The notes: a model not told the origin generated them from the letters alone. Numbered from the stretch's first letter, positions 50,700 through 64,000 are shown. The stretch: 64,000 nt of DNA from Tubulanus polymorphus (GCF_964204645.1 NC_134030.1:13384556-13448555); one strand, 5' to 3'. Numbers and translations: made by a program.

Positions 50700-53600
50700 T
50701 CGTTTTAGCGCGAGAAAAGATGTTTTCTCATCAAGTTTTCTCCGTATCGAAAAAATGAAATTGTCGATGCGCAAAAGCGCTCAAATCGACGGAAAAGCAC
50801 ATTTCGACCAGAAAACGTCGTTCAGCGCGAGAAAAGACGTTTTGTCATCAAGTTTTTCCCCGTATCGCTAAAATGAAAATGTCGGTGCGCAAAAGTGCTC
50901 AAATCTACGGGAAAAGCACATTTCGACACATTTCGACCCGAAAACGTCTTTCAGTGCGAGAAAAGACGTTTTCTCATCAAGTTTTCCACGTATCAAAAAA
51001 AATGAAATTGTCGATGCGCAAAAACTCTCAAATCGACGGAAAAAGCACATTTCGACCCGAAAACGTCGTTCAGCGCGAGAAAAGACGTTTTCTCATCAAG
51101 TTTTCCCCGTATCAAAAAAAAAATGAAATTGTCGATGCGCAAAAGCGCTCAAATCGACGGAAAAAGCACATTTCGACCCGAAAACGTCTTTCAGCGCGAG
51201 AAAAGACGTTTTCTCATCAAGTTTTCCCCGTTTCGAAAAATGAAAATGTCGATGCGCAAAAGCGCTCAAATCGACGGGAAAAGCACATTTCGACACATTT
51301 CGACCCGAAAACGTCTTTCAGCGCAAGAAAGACGTTTTCTCATCAGATCTTCCCCGTATCGAAAAAATGAAAATGTCGATGCGCAAAAGCGCTCAAATCG
51401 ACGGGAAAAGCACATTTCGAAACGAAAACGTCTTTCAGCGCGTGAAAAGACGTTTTCTCATCAAGTTTTCCCGGTTTCGAAAAATGAAATTGTCGATGCG
51501 CAAAAGCGCTCAAATCGACGGGAAAAGCAGATTTCGGCACATTTCGACCCGAAAACGTCTTTCAGCGCGAGAAAAGACGTTTTCTCATCAGATCTTCCCC
51601 GTATCGAATAAATGAACATGTCGATATACTAAAGCGCTCAAATCGACGGAAAAAGCACATTTCGACCCGAAAACGTCGTTTAGTGCGAGAAAAGACGTTT
51701 TCTCATCAAGTTTTCTCCGTATCGAAAAAATGAAATTGTCTTTGCGCAAAAGTGCTCAAATCGACGGAAAAAGCACATTTCGACACGAAAACGTCGTTCA
51801 GTGCGAGAAAAGACGTTTTCTCATCAAGTTTTCCCGGTATCGAAAAAATGAAAATGTCGATGCGCAAAAGCGCTCAAATCGACGAGAAAAGCACATTTCG
51901 ACCCGAAAACGTCGTTCAGCGCGAGAAAAGACGTTTTCTCATCAAGTTTTCCCCGTTTCGAAAAATGAAAATGTCGATGCGCAAAAGCGCTCCAATCGAC
52001 GGGAAAAGCACATTTCGACACATTTCGACCCGAAAACGTCTTTCAGCGCGAGAAAAGACGTTTTCTCATCAGATCTTCCCCGTATCGAAAAAATGAAATT
52101 GTCGATGCGCAAAAGCGCTCAAATCGACGGAAAAAGCACATTTCGACACATTTCGACCCAAAAACGTCGTTCAGCGCGAGAAAAGACGTTTTCACATCAA
52201 GTTTTCCCCGTATCGAAAAAATGAAATTGTCGATGCGCAAAAGCGCTCAAATCGACGGGATAAGTACATTTCGACACATTTCGACCCGAAAACGTCGTTC
52301 AGCGCGAGAAAAGATGTTTTCTCATCAAGTTTTCCCCGTATCAAAAAAATGAAATTGTCGATGCGCAAAAGCGCTCAAATCGACGGGAAAAGCACATTTC
52401 GACCCGAAAACGTCGTTCAGCGCGAGAAAAGACGTTTTCTCATCAAGTGGTCCCCGTATCGAAAAAATGAAAATATCGATGCGCAGAAGCCCTCAAATCG
52501 AGTGTAAAAGCACATTTCGACACATTTCGACCCGAATACGTCGTTCAGCGCGAGAAAAGACGTTTTCTCATCAAGTTTTCCCCGTATCGAAAAAATGAAA
52601 ATGTCGATGCGCAAAAGTGCTCAAATCGACGGAAAAAGCACATTTCGACCCGAAAACGTCGTTCAGTGCGAGAAAATACGTTTTCTCATCAAGTTTTCTC
52701 CGTATCGAAAAAATGAAATTGTCGATGCGCAAAAGCGCTCAAATCGACGGAAAAAGCACATTTCGACCAGAAAACGTCGTTCAGCGCGAGAAAAGACGTT
52801 TTCTCATCAAGTTTTCCCCGTATCGAAAAAATGAAATTGTCGATGCGCAAAAGCGCTCAAATCGACGGGAAAAGTACATTTCGACACATTTCGACCCGAA
52901 AACGTCGTTCAGCGCGAGAAAAGATGTTTTCTCATCAAGTTTTCCCCGTATAAAAAAAATGAAATTGTCGATGCGCAAAAGCGCTCAAATCGACGGAAAA
53001 GCACATTTCTACCCGAAAACGTCGTTCAGCGCGAGAAAAGACGTTTTCACATCAAGTGGTCCCCGTATCGAAAAAATGAAAATATCGATGCGCAGAAGCC
53101 CTCAAATCGATTGTAAAAGCACATTTCGACACATTTCGACCCGAATACGTCGTTCAGTGCGAGAAAAGACGTTTACTCAACAAGTTTTCTCCGTATCGAA
53201 AAAATGAAATTGTCTTTGCGCAAAAGTGCTCAAATCGACGGAAAAAGCACATTTCGACACGAAAACGTCGTTCAGCGCGAGAAAAGACATTTTCTCATCA
53301 AGTTTTCCCTGTATCGAAAAAAGGAAAATGTCGGTGCGCAAAAGGGCTCAAATCGACGGGAAAAGCACATTTCGACACATTTCGACCCGAAAACGTCGTT
53401 CAGCGCGAGAAAAGACGTTTTCTCATCGAGTTTTCCCCATATCGAAAAAATGAAAATGTCGATGCGCAAAAGCGCTCAAATCGACGGGAAAAGTACATTT
53501 CGACACATTTCGACCCGAAAACGTCGTTTAGCGCGAGAAAAGATGTTTTCTCATCAAGTTTTCTCCGTATCGAAAAAATGAAATTGTCGATGCGCAAAAG

Positions 53601-56050
53601 CGCTCAAATCGACGGAAAAGCACATTTCGACCAGAAAACGTCGTTCAGCGCGAGAAAAGACGTTTTGTCATCAAGTTTTCCCCGTATCGAAAAAATGAAA
53701 ATGTCGGTGCGCAAAAGTGCTCAAATCTACGGGAAAAGCACATTTCGACACATTTCGACCCGAAAACGTCTTTCAGCGCGAGAAAAGACGTTTTCTCATC
53801 AAGTTTTCCACGTATCAAAAAAAATGAAATTGTCGATGCGCAAAAACTCTCAAATCGACGGGAAAAGCACATTTCGACCCGAAAACGTCGTTCAGCGCGA
53901 GAAAAGACGTTTTCTCATCAAGTTTTCCCCGTATCAAAAAAAAAATGAAATTGTCGATGCGCAAAAGCGCTCAAATCGACGGAAAAAGCACATTTCGACC
54001 CAAAAACGTCTTTCAGCGCGAGAAAAGACGTTTTCTCATCAAGTTTTCCCCGTTTCGAAAAATGAAAATGTCGATGCGCAAAAGCGCTCAAATCGACGGG
54101 AAAAGCACATTTCGAAACGAAAACGTCTTTCAGCGCGTGAAAAGACGTTTTCTCATCAAGTTTTCCCGGTTTCGAAAAATGAAATTGTCGATGCGCAAAA
54201 GCGCTCAAATCGACGGGAAAAGCAGATTTCGGCACATTTCGACCCGAAAACGTCTTTCAGCGCGAGAAAAGACGTTTTCTCATCAGATCTTCCCCGTATC
54301 GAATAAATGAACATGTCGATATACTAAAGCGCTCAAATCGACGGAAAAAGCACATTTCGACCCGAAAACGTCGTTTAGTGCGAGAAAAGACGTTTTCTCA
54401 TCAAGTTTTCTCCGTATCGAAAAAATGAAATTGTCTTTGCGCAAAAGTGCTCAAATCGACGGAAAAAGCACATTTCGACACGAAAACGTCGTTCAGTGCG
54501 AGAAAAGACGTTTTCTCATCAAGTTTTCCCGGTATCGAAAAAATGAAAATGTCGATGCGCAAAAGCGCTCAAATCGACGAGAAAAGCACATTTCGACCCG
54601 AAAACGTCGTTCAGCGCGAGAAAAGACGTTTTCTCATCAAGTTTTCCCCGTTTCGAAAAATGAAAATGTCGATGCGCAAAAGCGCTCCAATCGACGGGAA
54701 AAGCACATTTCGACACATTTCGACCCGAAAACGTCTTTCAGCGCGAGAAAAGACGTTTTCTCATCAGATCTTCCCCGTATCGAAAAAATGAAATTGTCGA
54801 TGCGCAAAAGCGCTCAAATCGACGGAAAAAGCACATTTCGACACATTTCGACCCAAAAACGTCGTTCAGCGCGAGAAAAGACGTTTTCTCATCAAGTTTT
54901 CCCCGTATCGAAAAAATGAAATTGTCGATGCGCAAAAGCGCTCAAATCGACGGGATAAGTACATTTCGACACATTTCGACCCGAAAACGTCGTTCAGCGC
55001 GAGAAAAGATGTTTTCTCATCAAGTTTTCCCCGTATCAAAAAAATGAAATTGTCGATGCGCAAAAGCGCTCAAATCGACGGGAAAAGCACATTTCGACCC
55101 GAAAACGTCGTTCAGCGCGAGAAAAGACGTTTTCTCATCAAGTGGTCCCCGTATCGAAAAAATGAAAATATCGATGCGCAGAAGCCCTCAAATCGAGTGT
55201 AAAAGCACATTTCGACACATTTCGACCCGAATACGTCGTTCAGCGCGAGAAAAGACGTTTTCTCATCAAGTTTTCCCCGTATCGAAAAAATGAAAATGTC
55301 GATGCGCAAAAGTGCTCAAATCGACGGAAAAAGCACATTTCGACCCGAAAACGTCGTTCAGTGCGAGAAAAGACGTTTTCTCATCAAGTTTTCTCCGTAT
55401 CGAAAAAATGAAATTGTAAATGCGCAAAAGCGCTCAAATCGACGGAAAAAGCACATTTCGACCAGAAAACGTCGTTCAGCGCGAGAAAAGACGTTTTCTC
55501 ATCAAGTTTTCCCCGTATCGAAAAAATGAAATTGTCGATGCGCAAAAGCGCTCAAATCGACGGGAAAAGTACATTTCGACACATTTCGACCCGAAAACGT
55601 CGTTCAGCGCGAGAAAAGATGTTTTCTCATCAAGTTTTCCCCGTATCAAAAAAATGAAATTGTCGCTGCGCAAAAGCGCTCAAATCGACGGAAAAGCACA
55701 CTTCTACCCGAAAACGTCGTTCAGCGCGAGAAAAGACGTTTTCTCATCAAGTGGTCCCCGTATCGAAAAAATGAAAATATCGATGCGCAGAAGCCCTCAA
55801 ATCGATTGTAAAAGCACATTTCGACACATTTCGACCCGAATACGTCGTTCAGTGCGAGAAAAGACGTTTTCTCATCAAGTTTTCTCCGTATCGAAAAAAT
55901 GAAATTGTCTTTGCGCAAAAGTGCTCAAATCGACGGAAAAAGCACATTTCGACACGAAAACGTCGTTCAGCGCGAGAAAAGACATTTTCTCATCAAGTTT
56001 TCCCCGTATCGAAAAAAGGAAAATGTCGGTGCGCAAAAGGGCTCAAATCG
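50700..56050 (+). repeat. About 2695-bp higher-order duplication (about 22 monomers)
   Basis: Offsets 51730/54425, 52043/54738 and 52595/55290 all equal 2695. Boundaries approximate. Confidence 0.8.
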
Positions 56051-59000
56051 ACGGGAAAAGCACATTTCGACACATTTCGAACTGAAAACGTCGTTCAGCG
56101 CGAGAAAAGACGTTTTCTCATCAAGTTTTCCCCGTATCAAAAAAATGTAATTGTCGATTCGCAAAAGCGCTCAAATCGACGGGAAAAGCACATTTCTACC
56201 CGAAAATTGCGTTCAGCGCGAGAAAAGACGTTTTCTCATCAAGTTTTCCCCGTATTGAAAAAAATGAAAATGTCGATGCGCAAAAGCGCTCAAATCGACG
56301 GGAAAAGCACATTTCGACCCGAAAACGTCGTTCAGTGCGAGAAAAGATGTTTTCTCATCAAGTTTTCTCGGTATCGAAAAAATGAAATTGTCGATGCGCA
56401 AAGCACTCAAATCGACGGAAAAAGCACATTTCGACCAGAAAACGTCGTTCAGCGCGAGAAAAGACGTTTTCTCATTAAGTTTTCCCCGTATCGAAAAAAT
56501 GAAAATGTCGATGCGCAAAAGCGCTCAAATCGACGGGAAAAGCAGATTTCGACACATTTCGACCCGAAAACGTCTTTCGGCGCGAGAAAAGACGTTTTCT
56601 CATCAGATCTTCCCCGTATCGAAAAAATGAAAATGTCGATGCGCAAAAGCGCTCAAATCGACGGGAAAAGCACATTTCGAAACGAAAACGTCTTTCAGCG
56701 CGTGAAAAGACGTTTTCTCATCAAGTTTTCCCCGTTTCGAAAAATGAAATTGTCGATGCGCAAAAGCGCTCAAATCGACGGGAAAAGTACATTTCGACCC
56801 GAAAACGTCGTTCAGCGCGAGAAAAGATGTTTTCTCATCAAGTTTTCCCCGTATCAAAAAAATGAAATTGTCGATGCGATAAAGCGCTCAAATCGACGGG
56901 AAAAGCACATTTCGACCCGAAAACGTCGTTAAGCGCGAGAAAATACGTTTTCTCATCAAGTGGTCCCCGTATCGAAAAAATGAAAATATCGATGCGCAGA
57001 AGCCCTCAAATCGATTGTAAAAGCACATTTCGACACATTTCGACCCGAATACGTCGTTCAGTGCGAGAAAAGACGTTTTCTCATCAAGTTTTCTCCGTAT
57101 CGAAAAAATGAAATTGTCTTTGTGCAAAAGTGCTCAAATCGAAGGAAAAAGCACATTTCGACACGAAAACGTCGTTCAGCGCGAGAAAAGACATTTTCTC
57201 ATCAAGTTTTCCCCGTATCGAAAAAAGGAAAATGTCGATGCGCAAAAGCGCTCAAATCGACGGGAAAAGCACATTTCGACACATTTCGACCCGAAAACGT
57301 CGTTCAGTGCGAGAAAAGATGTTTTCTCATCAAGTTTTCTCGGTATCGAAAAAATGAAATTGTCGATGCGCAAAAGCGCTCAAATCGACGGAAAAAGCAC
57401 ATTTCGACCAGAAAACGTCGTTCAGCGCGAGAAAAGACGTTTTCTCATCAAGTTTTCCACGTATCGAAAAAATGAAAATGTCGATGCGCAAAAGCGCTCA
57501 AATCGACGGGAAAAGTACATTTCGACATATTTCGACCCGAAAACGTCGTTCAGCGCGAGAAAAGATGTTTTCTCATCAAGTTTTCTCCGTATCGAAAAAA
57601 TGAAATTGTCGATGCGCAAAAGCGCTCAAATCGACGGAAAAAGCACATTTCGACCAGAAAACGTCGTTCAACGCGAGAAAAGACGTTTTGTCATCAAGTT
57701 TTCCCCGTATCGAAAAAATGAAAATGTCGGTGCGCAAAAGCGCTCAAATCGACGGGAAAAGCACATTTCGACCCGAAAACGTCGTTCAGCGCGAGAAAGA
57801 TGTTTTCTCATCAAGTTTTCTCCGTATCGAAAAAATGAAATTGTCGATGCGCAAAAGCGCTCAAATCGACGGAAAAAGCACATTTCGACCAGAAAACGTC
57901 GTTCAACGCGAGAAAAGACGTTTTGTCATCAAGTTTTCCCCGTATCAAAAAAATGAGATTGTCGATGCGCAAAAGCTCTCAAATCGACGGAAAAAGCACA
58001 TTCCGACCCGAAAACGTCGTTCAACGCGAGAAAAGACGTTTTCTCATCAAGTTTTCCCCGTATCAAAAAAAATGAAATTGTCGATGCGCAAAAGCGCTCA
58101 AATCGACGGAAAAAGCACATTTCGACCCGAAAACGTCTTTCAGCGCGAGAAAAGACGTTTTCTCATCAAGTTTTCCCCGTTTCGAAAAAAGGAAAATGTC
58201 GATGCGCAAAAGCGCTCAAATCGACGAGAAAAGCACATTTCGACCCGAAAACGTCGTTCAGCGCGAGGAAAGACGTTTTCTCATCAAGTTTTCCCCGGTA
58301 TCGAAAAAATGAAAATGTCGATGCGCAAAAGCGCTCAAATCGACGGGAAAAGTACATTTCGACAGATTTCGACCCGAAAACGTCGTTGAGCGCGAGAAAA
58401 GATGTTTTCTCATCAAGTTTTCTCCGTATCGAAAAAATGAAATTGTCGATGCGCAAAAGCGCTCAAATCGACGGAAAAGCACATTTCGACCAGAAAACGT
58501 CGTTCAGCGCGAGAAAAGACGTTTTGTCATCAAGTTTTCCCCGTATCGAAAAAATGAAAATGTCGGTGCGCAAAAGTGCTCAAATCGACGGGAAAAGCAC
58601 ATTTCGACACATTTCGACCCGAAAACGTCTTTCAGCGCGAGAAAAGACGTTTTCTCATCAAGTTTTCCACGTATCAAAAAAAATGAAATTGTCGATGCGC
58701 AAAAACTCTCAAATCGACGGAAAAAGCATATTTCGACCCGAAAACGTCGTTCAGCGCGAGAAAAGACGTTTTCTCATCAAGTTTTCCCGTATCAAAAAAA
58801 AATGAAATTGTCGATGCGCAAAAGCGCTCAAATCGACGGAAAAAGCACATTTCGACCCAAAAACGTCTTTCAGCGCGAGAAAAGACGTTTTCTCATCAAG
58901 TTTTCCCCGTTTCGAAAAATGAAAATGTCGATGCGCAAAAGCGCTCAAATCGACGGGAAAAGCAGATTTCGGCACATTTCGACCCGAAAACGTCTTTCAG

Positions 59001-62000
59001 CGCAAGAAAGACGTTTTCTCATCAGATCTTGCCCGTATCGAAAAAATGAAAATGTCGATGCGCAAAAGCGCTCAAATCGACGGGAAAAGCACATTTCGAC
59101 CCGAAAACGTCGTTCAGTGCGAGAAAAGATGTTTTCTCATCAAGTTTTCCCGGTTTCGAAAAATGAAATTGTCGATGCGCAAAAGCGCTCAAATCGACGG
59201 GAAAAGCAGATTTCGGCACATTTCGACCCGAAAACGTCTTTCAGCGCGAGAAAAGACGTTTTCTCATCAGATCTTCCCCGTATCGAATAAATGAACATGT
59301 CGATATGCAAAAGCGCTCAAATCGACGGAAAAAGCACATTTCGACCCGAAAACGTCGTTTAGTGCGAGAAAAGACGCTTTCTCATCAAGTTTTCTCCGTA
59401 TCGAAAAAATGAAATTGTCTTTGCGCAAAAGTGCTCAAATCGACGGAAAAAGCACATTTCGACACGAAAACGTCGTTCAGTGCAAGAAAAGACGTTTTCT
59501 CATCAAGTTTTCCCGGTATCGAAAAAATGAAAATGTCGATGCGCAAAAGCGCTCAAATCGACGAGAAAAGCACATTTCGACCCGAAAACGTCGTTCAGCG
59601 CGAGAAAAGACGTTTTCTCGTCAAGTTTTCCCCGTATCAAAAAAATGAGATTGTCGATGCGCAAAAGCTCTCAAATCGACGGAAAAAGCACATTCCGACC
59701 CGAAAACGTCGTTCAACGCGAGAAAAGACGTTTTCTCATCAAGTTTTCCCCGTATCAAAAAAAATGAAATTGTCGATGCGCAAAAGCGCTCAAATCGACG
59801 GAAAAAGCACATTTCGACCCGAAAACGTCTTTCAGCGCGAAAAAAGACGTTTTCTCATCAAGTTTTCCCCGTATCGAAAAAATGAAAATGTCGATGCGCA
59901 AAAGCGCTCAAATCGACGGGAAAAGTACATTTCGACAGATTTCGACCCGAAAACGTCGTTGAGCGCGAGAAAAGATGTTTTCTCATCAAGTTTTCTCCGT
60001 ATCGAAAAAAGGAAAATGTCGATGCGCAAAAGCGCTCAAATCGACGGAAAAGCACATTTCGACCAGAAAACGTCGTTCAGCGCGAGAAAAGACGTTTTGT
60101 CATCAAGTTTTCCCCGTATCGAAAAAATGAAAATGTCGGTGCGCAAAAGTGCTCAAATCGACGGGAAAAGCACATTTCGACACATTTCGACCCGAAAACG
60201 TCTTTCAGCGCGAGAAAAGACGTTTTCTCATCAAGTTTTCCACGTATCAAAAAAAATGAAATTGTCGATGCGCAAAAACTCTCAAATCGACGGAAAAAGC
60301 ATGTTTCGACCCGAAAACGTCGTTCAGCGCGAGAAAAGACGTTTTCTCATCAAGTTTTCCCCGTATCAAAAAAAAATGAAATTGTCGATGCGCAAAAACG
60401 CTCAAATCGACGGAAAAAGCACATTTCGACCCAAAAATGTCTTTCAGCGCGAGAAAAGACGTTTTCTCATCAAGTTTTCCCCGTTTCGAAAAATGAAAAT
60501 GTCGATGCGCAAAAGCGCTCAAATCGACGGGAAAAGCAGATTTCGGCACATTTCGACCCGAAAACGTCTTTCAGCGCAAGAAAGACGTTTTCTCATCAGA
60601 TCTTGCCCGTATCGAAAAAATGAAAATGTCGATGCGCAAAAGCGCTCAAATCGACGGGAAAAGCACATTTCGACCCGAAAACGTCGTTCAGTGCGAGAAA
60701 AGATGTTTTCTCATCAAGTTTTCCCAATTTCGAAAAATGAAATTGTCGATGCGCAAAAGCGCTCAAATCGACGGGAAAAGCAGATTTCGGCACATTTCGA
60801 CCCGAAAACGTCTTTCAGCGCGAGAAAAGACGTTTTCTCATCAGATCTTCCCCGTATCGAATAAATGAACATGTCGATATGCAAAAGCGCTCAAATCGAC
60901 GGAAAAAGCACATTTCGACCCGAAAACGTCGTTTAGTGCGAGAAAAGACGCTTTCTCATCAAGTTTTCTCCGTATCGAAAAAATGAAATTGTCTTTGCGC
61001 AAAAGTGCTCAAATCGACGGAAAAAGCACATTTCGACACGAAAACGTCGTTCAGCGCGAGAAAAGACGTTTTCTCATCAAGTTTTCCCGGTATCGAAAAA
61101 ATGAAAATGGCGATGCGCAAAAGCGCTCAAATCGACGAGAAAAGCACATTTCGACCCGAAAACGTCGTTCAGCGCGAGAAAAGACGTTTTCTCATCAAGT
61201 TTTCCCCGTTTCGAAAAATGAAAATGTCGATGCGCAAAAGCGCTCCAATCGACGGGAAAAGCACATTTCGACACATTTCGACCCGAAAACGTCTTTCAGC
61301 GAGAGAAAAGACGTTTTCTCATCAGATCTTCCCCGTATCGAAAAAATGAAATTGTCGATGCGCAAAAGCGCTCAAATCGACGGAAAAAGCACATTTCGAC
61401 ACATTTCGACCCAAAAACGTCGTTCAGCGCGAGAAAAGACGTTTTCTCATCAAGTTTTCCCCGTATCGAAAAAATGAAATTGTCGATGCGCAAAAGCGCT
61501 CAAATCGACGGGAAAAGTACATTTCGACACATTTCGACCCGAAAACGTCGTTCAGCGCGAGAAAAGATGTTTTCTCATCAAGTTTTCCCCGTATCGAAAA
61601 AATGAAATTGTCGATGCGCAAAAGCGCTCAAATCGACGGGAAAAGCACATTTCGACCCGAAAACGTCGTTCAGCGCGAGAAAAGAGGTTTTCTCATCAAG
61701 TGGTCCCCGTATCGAAAAAATGAAAATATCGATGCGCAGAAGCCCTCAAATCGAGTGTAAAAGCACATTTCGACATATTTCGACCCGAATACTTCGTTCA
61801 GCGCGAGAAAAGACGTTTTCTCATCAAGTTTTCCCCGTATCGAAAAAATGAAAATGTCGATGTGCAAAAGTGCTCAAATCGACGGAAAAAGCACATTTCG
61901 ACCCGAAAACGTCGTTCAGTGCGAGAAAAGACGTTTTCTCATCAAGTTTTCTCCGTATCGAAAAAATGAAATTGTCTTTGCGCAAAAGCCCTCAAATCGA

Positions 62001-64000
62001 CAGGAAAAGCACATTTCGACACATTTCGACCCGAAAACGTCTTTCAGTGCGAGAAAAGACGTTTTCTCATCAGATCTTCCCCGTATCGAAAAAATGAAAA
62101 TGTCGATGCGCAAAAGCGCTCAAATCGACGGGAAAAGCACATTTCGAAACGAAAACGTCTTTCAGCGTGTGAAAAGACGTTTCCTAATCAGATCTTCCCG
62201 CATCGAAAAAAATGAAAAATGAAATTGTCGATGCGCAAAAGCGCTCAAATCGACGGGAAAAGCAGATTTCGACACATTTCGACCCGAAAACGTCTTTCAG
62301 CGCGAGAAAAGACGTTTTCTCATCAGATCTACCCCGTATCGAAAAAATGAAAATGTCGATGCGCAAAAGCGCTCAAATCGACGGGAAAAGCACATTTCGA
62401 CCCGAAAACGTCGTTCAGCGCGAGAAAAGATGTTTTCTCATCAGATCTTCCCCGTATCGAATAAATGAACATGTCGATATGCAAAAGCGCTCAAATCGAC
62501 GGGAAAAGCACATTTCGACCCGAAAACGTCGTTCAGCGCGAGAAAAGACGTTTTCTCATCAAGTGTTCCCCGTATCGAAAAAATGAAAATATCGATGCGC
62601 AGAAGCGCTCTAATCGATTGTAAAAGCACATTTCGACACATTTCGACCCGAAAACGTCGTTCAGCGCGAGAAAAGACGTTTTCTCATCAAGTTTTCCCCA
62701 TATCGAAAAAATGAAAATGTCGATGCGCAAAAGTGCACAAATCGACGGAAAAAGCACATTTCGACCCGAAAACGTCGTTCAGTGCGAGAAAAGACGTTTT
62801 CTCATCAAGTTTTCTCCGTATCGAAAAAATGAAATTGTCTTTGCGCAAAAGTGCTCAAATCGACGGAAAAAGCACATTTCGACACGAAAACGTCGTTCAG
62901 CGCGAGAAAAGACGTTTTCTCATCAAGTTTTCCCCGTATCGAAAAAAGGAAAATGTCGATGCGCAAAAGCGCTCAAATCGACGAGAAAAGCACATTTCGA
63001 CCCGAAAACGTCGTTCAGCGCGTGAAAAGACGTTTTCTCATCAGATCTTCCCCGTATCGAAAAAATGAAAATGTCGATGCGCAAAACCGCTCAAATCGGC
63101 GGGAAAAGCACATTTCGACACATTTGACCCGAAAACGTCGTTCAGCGCGAGAAAAGAGGTTTTCTCATCAAGTTTTCCGTATCGAAAAAAGGAAAATGAC
63201 GATGCGCAAAAGTGCTCAAATCGACCGGGAAAAGCACATTTCGACCCGAAAACGTCGTTCAGCGCGAGAAAAGACGTTTTTCATCAGATCTTCCCCGTAT
63301 CGAAAAAATGAAAATGTCGATGCGCAAAACTGCTCAAATCGGCGGGAAAAGCTCATTTCGACACATTTGACCCGAAAACGTCGTTCAGCGCGAATTATCA
63401 TGAGTTCCCCGTATCGAAAAAAGGAAAATGACGATGCGCAAAAGTGCTCAAATCGACGGGAAAAGCACATTTCGACCCGAAAACGTCGTTCAGCGCGAGA
63501 AAAGACGTTTTTCATCAGATCTTCCCGTATCGAAAAAATGAAAATGTCGATGCGCAAAACCGCTCAAATTGGCGGGAAAAGGACATTTCGACACATTTGA
63601 CCCGAAAACGTCGTTCAGCGCGAGAAAAGACGTTTTCTCATCAAGTTCTCCCTGTATCGAAAAAATGGAATTGTCGATGCGCAAAAGCGCTCAAATCGAC
63701 GGGAAAAGCACATTTCGACCCGAAAACGTCGTTCAGCGCGAGAAAAGACGTTTTCTCATCAAGTTTTCCCCATATCGAAAAAAATGAAAATGTCGATGCG
63801 CAAAAGCGCTCAAATCGACGGGAAAAGCACATTTCGACCCGAAAAGTCGTTCTGTGCGAGAAAAGATGTTTTCTCATCAAATTTTCTCCGTAACGAAAAA
63901 ATGAAATTGTCGATGCCCAAAAGCGCTCAAATCGACGGAAAAAGCACATTGTCAGGAAAAGCACATTTCGACCCGAAAACGTCGTTCCGCGCGAGAAAAG

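Larger units (their letters stand above)
29879..64000 (+). repeat. Satellite DNA array, 118-bp monomer (128/127-bp variants), about 280 monomers, runs off the window
   Basis: Consensus TCAAGTTTTCCCCGTATCGAAAAAATGAAAATGTCGATGCGCAAAAGCGCTCAAATCGACGGGAAAAGCACATTTCGACCCGAAAACGTCGTTCAGCGCGAGAAAAGACGTTTTCTCA. All copies are head-to-tail in one orientation, and I saw no transposon insertions. Confidence 0.99.

Noticed and set aside
29607-64000. Hundreds of K/R-rich ORFs up to 566 aa
   Set aside because: These are translations of the satellite. The plus-strand consensus has only one stop (TGA), and 118/128-bp units rotate frames, so long ORFs arise in every frame by chance. A-run indels break frames freely.
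29879-64000. CRISPR array or tandem 5S rRNA genes (about 120-bp unit)
   Set aside because: There are no unique spacers or cas genes and the context is eukaryotic. The monomer has no resemblance to 5S rRNA or its A/C boxes.
29879-64000. Satellite-encoded hammerhead on the minus strand (CTGATGAG in CATCAGAT variants, downstream CGAAA and a possible AUC stem III)
   Set aside because: The 9-bp stem after CUGAUGA is followed by GGGU rather than GAAA. The alternative register gives only a 2-bp stem II and no stem I, and most monomers read CTTGATGA.
29879-64000. CENP-B box in the monomer
   Set aside because: TTCG and CGGG both occur but not at the required TTCG-N4-A-N2-CGGG spacing. The best alignment I found matches 6 of 9 positions.

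Overview
This is animal (invertebrate-type) nuclear DNA, not prokaryotic, and it falls into two parts. Bases 1-29.9 kb are repeat-rich. They hold two adjacent decayed Polinton/Maverick (adintovirus-like) virion modules (capsid, DDE integrase with chromodomain remnant, A32-type packaging ATPase) and an internally deleted BEL/Pao LTR element with both LTRs, a tRNA-His PBS and a 5-bp TSD, nested in older retroelement relics. They also hold a Penelope-like pseudo-LTR inverted repeat carrying minimal hammerhead ribozymes, two tiny palindromes flanked by 7-bp TSDs, Harbinger-type MITEs, a probable first coding exon of a host gene, a 560-bp CT tract, a 440-bp TRIM whose LTRs contain a tRNA-like Pol III cassette (Helenus-like), and a decayed CR1-group LINE. 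Bases 29.9-64 kb are one head-to-tail satellite array (118-bp monomer plus a 128-bp variant, about 280 monomers) with phased A-tracts, dyad symmetry, high CpG and layered higher-order repeats. The window is plausibly a (peri)centromeric array boundary. Nearly all ORFs predicted beyond 29.6 kb are satellite translation artefacts. Family assignments come from recognised motifs and my recollection of these families; no database search was run.
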